A stretch of DNA of 63,993 bases, the filler included, from Basidiobolus ranarum (lineage: Eukaryota): assembly GCA_040143965.1 (NCBI GenBank). It is 6 parts of 6 records of this genome, joined end to end, with 100 filler letters (N's around TTAATTAATTAA, not from the genome) between each part and the next. Parts side by side here need not be neighbours in the genome. Positions count along the whole stretch, not along the records: positions 53,934 to 63,993 come from JASJQH010007622.1; 5 more parts are not named here. The stretch is one strand, 5' to 3'. The first letter of the stretch is position 1. Every line of letters starts with the position of its first letter. This document shows, one piece after another, positions 61,925 to 63,993 of this stretch. The translations under genes and the position numbers were made by a program. The notes beneath the pieces were generated by a model. That model was given only the letters and a program-made list of their open reading frames with translations, was not told where the DNA came from and did not search any database.

Positions 61925-62778
61925 TTACTCTGCTAGAAGTCTCAACGCTTCCGCAGTAGTGATGACGTTAGCACGACCACTAAACTCCGTTTTCAGTAGT
62001 ACGTCATGTAATTCCGAATTCAAATCACCACAACTATCACCAACTACCGTAACAACGTAATCACGGTCAGCAGCGGTAGAGCAGGTGGATAAAACAACAC
62101 CACTAGAAAAAGAACTAGTTAAAACTGGATACCATCGAAGAGTAGCATAAGAAGTAATTATCCAGTGAATTTACCCAGTAGCAATACCACAAATAACCAA
62201 ATGATTTACTTGGTTTGCCCTCAAAATAGCTTCAAGATCATTAGGGTAAAATGCGTCCGCACGTAATTTGGTGATCACTATACTTCCCTAAATCCAGTTG
62301 TTTAGTCATGACTTAAGTTCTCCGTCAGTTGGGTTGTAACAAAATTTACCGCTACGGGTGCCACTTCAGGAAGGAATTCAGTACCCGGGTTTCCATACAG
62401 TAGCATACCTTTTTTTATCCCTACTAGCCAATTTAAGGCATTGTTGGGGCACTTGGGCCCAAGCTCGGGGTATCCCTCTCTTAGCTAAAAACGACACTGG
62501 TGAGCTACAGAGAAGATAGAAAGTATTCCAACAACAAAATACCTTAATTCCCACATTCACTAGAAGAATGTTTTTCTTTTCACGAAGTGAAACCACTCGC
62601 CGGTATAGTTCGGAAACATTGTTCAACAGCAACTGTTTTGCTTCAGACTCGGGAAATCTAAGCAAACGCAACGATAAGACTTAATGCTGTCAGCATTGGA
62701 TAAACCTTATATCACTTACAGTTCCCAAAGATCTTTCTGAAAGTCGCAAAATAAAAAGGCAGTATTATTAAAAGACAT
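61925..62778 (-). CDS. Isochorismatase / cysteine-hydrolase family protein, 5 exons (missed by the ORF track)
   Basis: Exons 62778-62720, 62657-62543, 62484-62350, 62287-62175 and 62102-61925 give MSFNNTAFLFCDFQKD...NVGIKLREGYPE...GTEFLPEVAP...IVITKLRADAFYPNDLEAILRANQVNHLVICGIATGGVVLSTCSTAADRDYVVTVVGDSCGD...HDVLL...RANVITT. All introns are GT-AG. Confidence 0.92.
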
Positions 62779-62804
62779 GCTTGTACTTTGTAAAATACTA
62801 CTAG

Positions 62805-62811
62805 TTTTATA
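62805..62811 (-). promoter_or_regulatory. TATA box of the isochorismatase-family gene
   Basis: TATAAAA about 30 nt upstream of ATG 62778. Confidence 0.5.
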
Positions 62812-62854
62812 GCGGAACATAGCTTACGTGATATGTCAAACAATGTCAGCCCAA

Positions 62855-63540
62855 GTTCAAATTAAGGATTGGACTGCCCTACCATATGAGAAAATCCGTA
62901 CACTTCAAGAATATGATGGATCTCCGCAGTTTGTCTTACATTCATGTATTTTACAAATTCGATGCATCACGGGAGCCACAGAGTATTGATTGCATGTAAA
63001 TTGGATGCATCTTATATAAAGTATTTCATCCACTCAAGATAGATTATACTTGATACATTTATTCTTGCTTGTGTAGTAACAGTTTTCAAGATGGACTATG
63101 TTATCAGCAGTGAGTGGAAGAGCCAACAAAATGTAAATATTGTCTGACTCTCTTCCATTATCGGATAATCCAATGCATAGGGCAGAGTACTGGTTCCTCA
63201 ACTTGGAAAATCATCAAGCATATTCTACTGGCTTGTTTCTGTCACTCTAGTCAATCATGGAATAGTTATTGAAATATTCCATGATTTCAAACTCATTCCA
63301 AGCCACTTAATCATATTCCTAACGTTCTTGACACCAAAGAAATGCTTGCATATAGTCTGTTTTCTTTGTTGAGACTAGCTCGAATACTTTCAATTCAGTA
63401 TGTCAGTAAATTCAAATCACATATTTCTTCAGTTTGTGTTGAGAACTTCCAATGTATCTTTAATATTTATGGCAAGTCCAGTTGATTATGGATCCATAGG
63501 GTAATATCCTTGAAAGTTACCAATGAAGTATAACATTACT
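62855..63540 (-). pseudogene. Decayed long ORF of unknown (possibly transposon) origin
   Basis: A largely continuous frame with scattered TGA/TAG/TAA (e.g. YFIGNFQGYYPMDP*STG..., PVEYA**FSKLRNQYSALCIG...). Adjacent to an LTR nest. Confidence 0.35.
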
Positions 63541-63596
63541 TATATCCAACATTATCTAAATTATATACAGGTGGTGACTTTACCTTGCCAAATAGG

Positions 63597-63993
63597 TGTT
63601 AACATAGCCTAAACAGTTCAAGTATTTTGGGAGCCTAGTTGAAGTGGTTTGAAGAACTAGAGAAATTGGTGGTTTTCACATATTGATTTATTCAGTTGAA
63701 AGTTGACATTTGTAGCTTATATAGGTGTTTAGGCAATGCTAATTTCAACATAAACATCTAAATAGTCATATATAGCTTAGTATTTAGTTATTCAATAAGA
63801 TATCACCCATTAGTTGATATCGGAATTTACTTGGAAGTTCTCAGATATATAGACTTTGGGAACCTGTGGTAGAAGCTCCAAACTTTGCTCACATGTTCCT
63901 GGAACCTTCCCTACTGTTATAGTATTTGGGAGCCTGTTGGAAGTGGTTTGGAGAATTAGAGGAATTGGTGGTTTTCACTTGTTGATTTATTTA
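63597..63993. mobile_element. Nest of copia family A LTRs: a + strand host LTR interrupted by two minus-strand LTRs (63615-63750 and 63915 to window end)
   Basis: Host ...AGCC-TAAAC [insert] TAAAC-ATCTAAATAGTCATATATAGC...GGAACCTTCC with TSD TAAAC. The second insert starts TGTTATAGTATTTGGGAGCC at 63915. Confidence 0.88.

Noticed and set aside
57230-63540. Stop-codon reassignment or selenocysteine explaining in-frame stops in decayed ORFs
   Set aside because: Intact genes (PAN2, MFS, CDC27) have no internal stops, and genes in the window end in TAA, TAG or TGA. The decayed regions also contain frameshifts.

Overview
AT-rich fungal genomic DNA with short (about 50-90 nt) spliceosomal introns. 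The gene content (7TM-RGS, GT10 fucosyltransferase, CE4, GH17) fits an early-diverging fungus such as Basidiobolus, but that assignment is inference. The window is not contiguous: it is six contigs of about 10.7 kb, ordered by decreasing length and joined by an artificial N44-TTAATTAATTAA-N44 linker. Housekeeping genes are CDC27, a cyclin T/K and PAN2. Secreted or cell-surface genes are a CE4 deacetylase, a GH17 glucanase, a Kre9/KNH-like GPI protein, an A1 aspartic protease and several unknown secreted proteins. Also present are an MFS transporter, a 7TM-RGS receptor, and a 5-exon isochorismatase-family gene that the ORF track misses. Ty1/copia LTRs and decayed ORFs are frequent. Most notable: (i) a divergently transcribed pair of fucosyltransferases (GT10 alpha-1,3-type and a plant GT37-like alpha-1,2-type), both with unusual C-terminal membrane anchors; (ii) a secreted protein with a His/Glu motif that resembles an uncharacterised plant family; (iii) a copia LTR family found repeatedly inserted antisense into its own LTRs.
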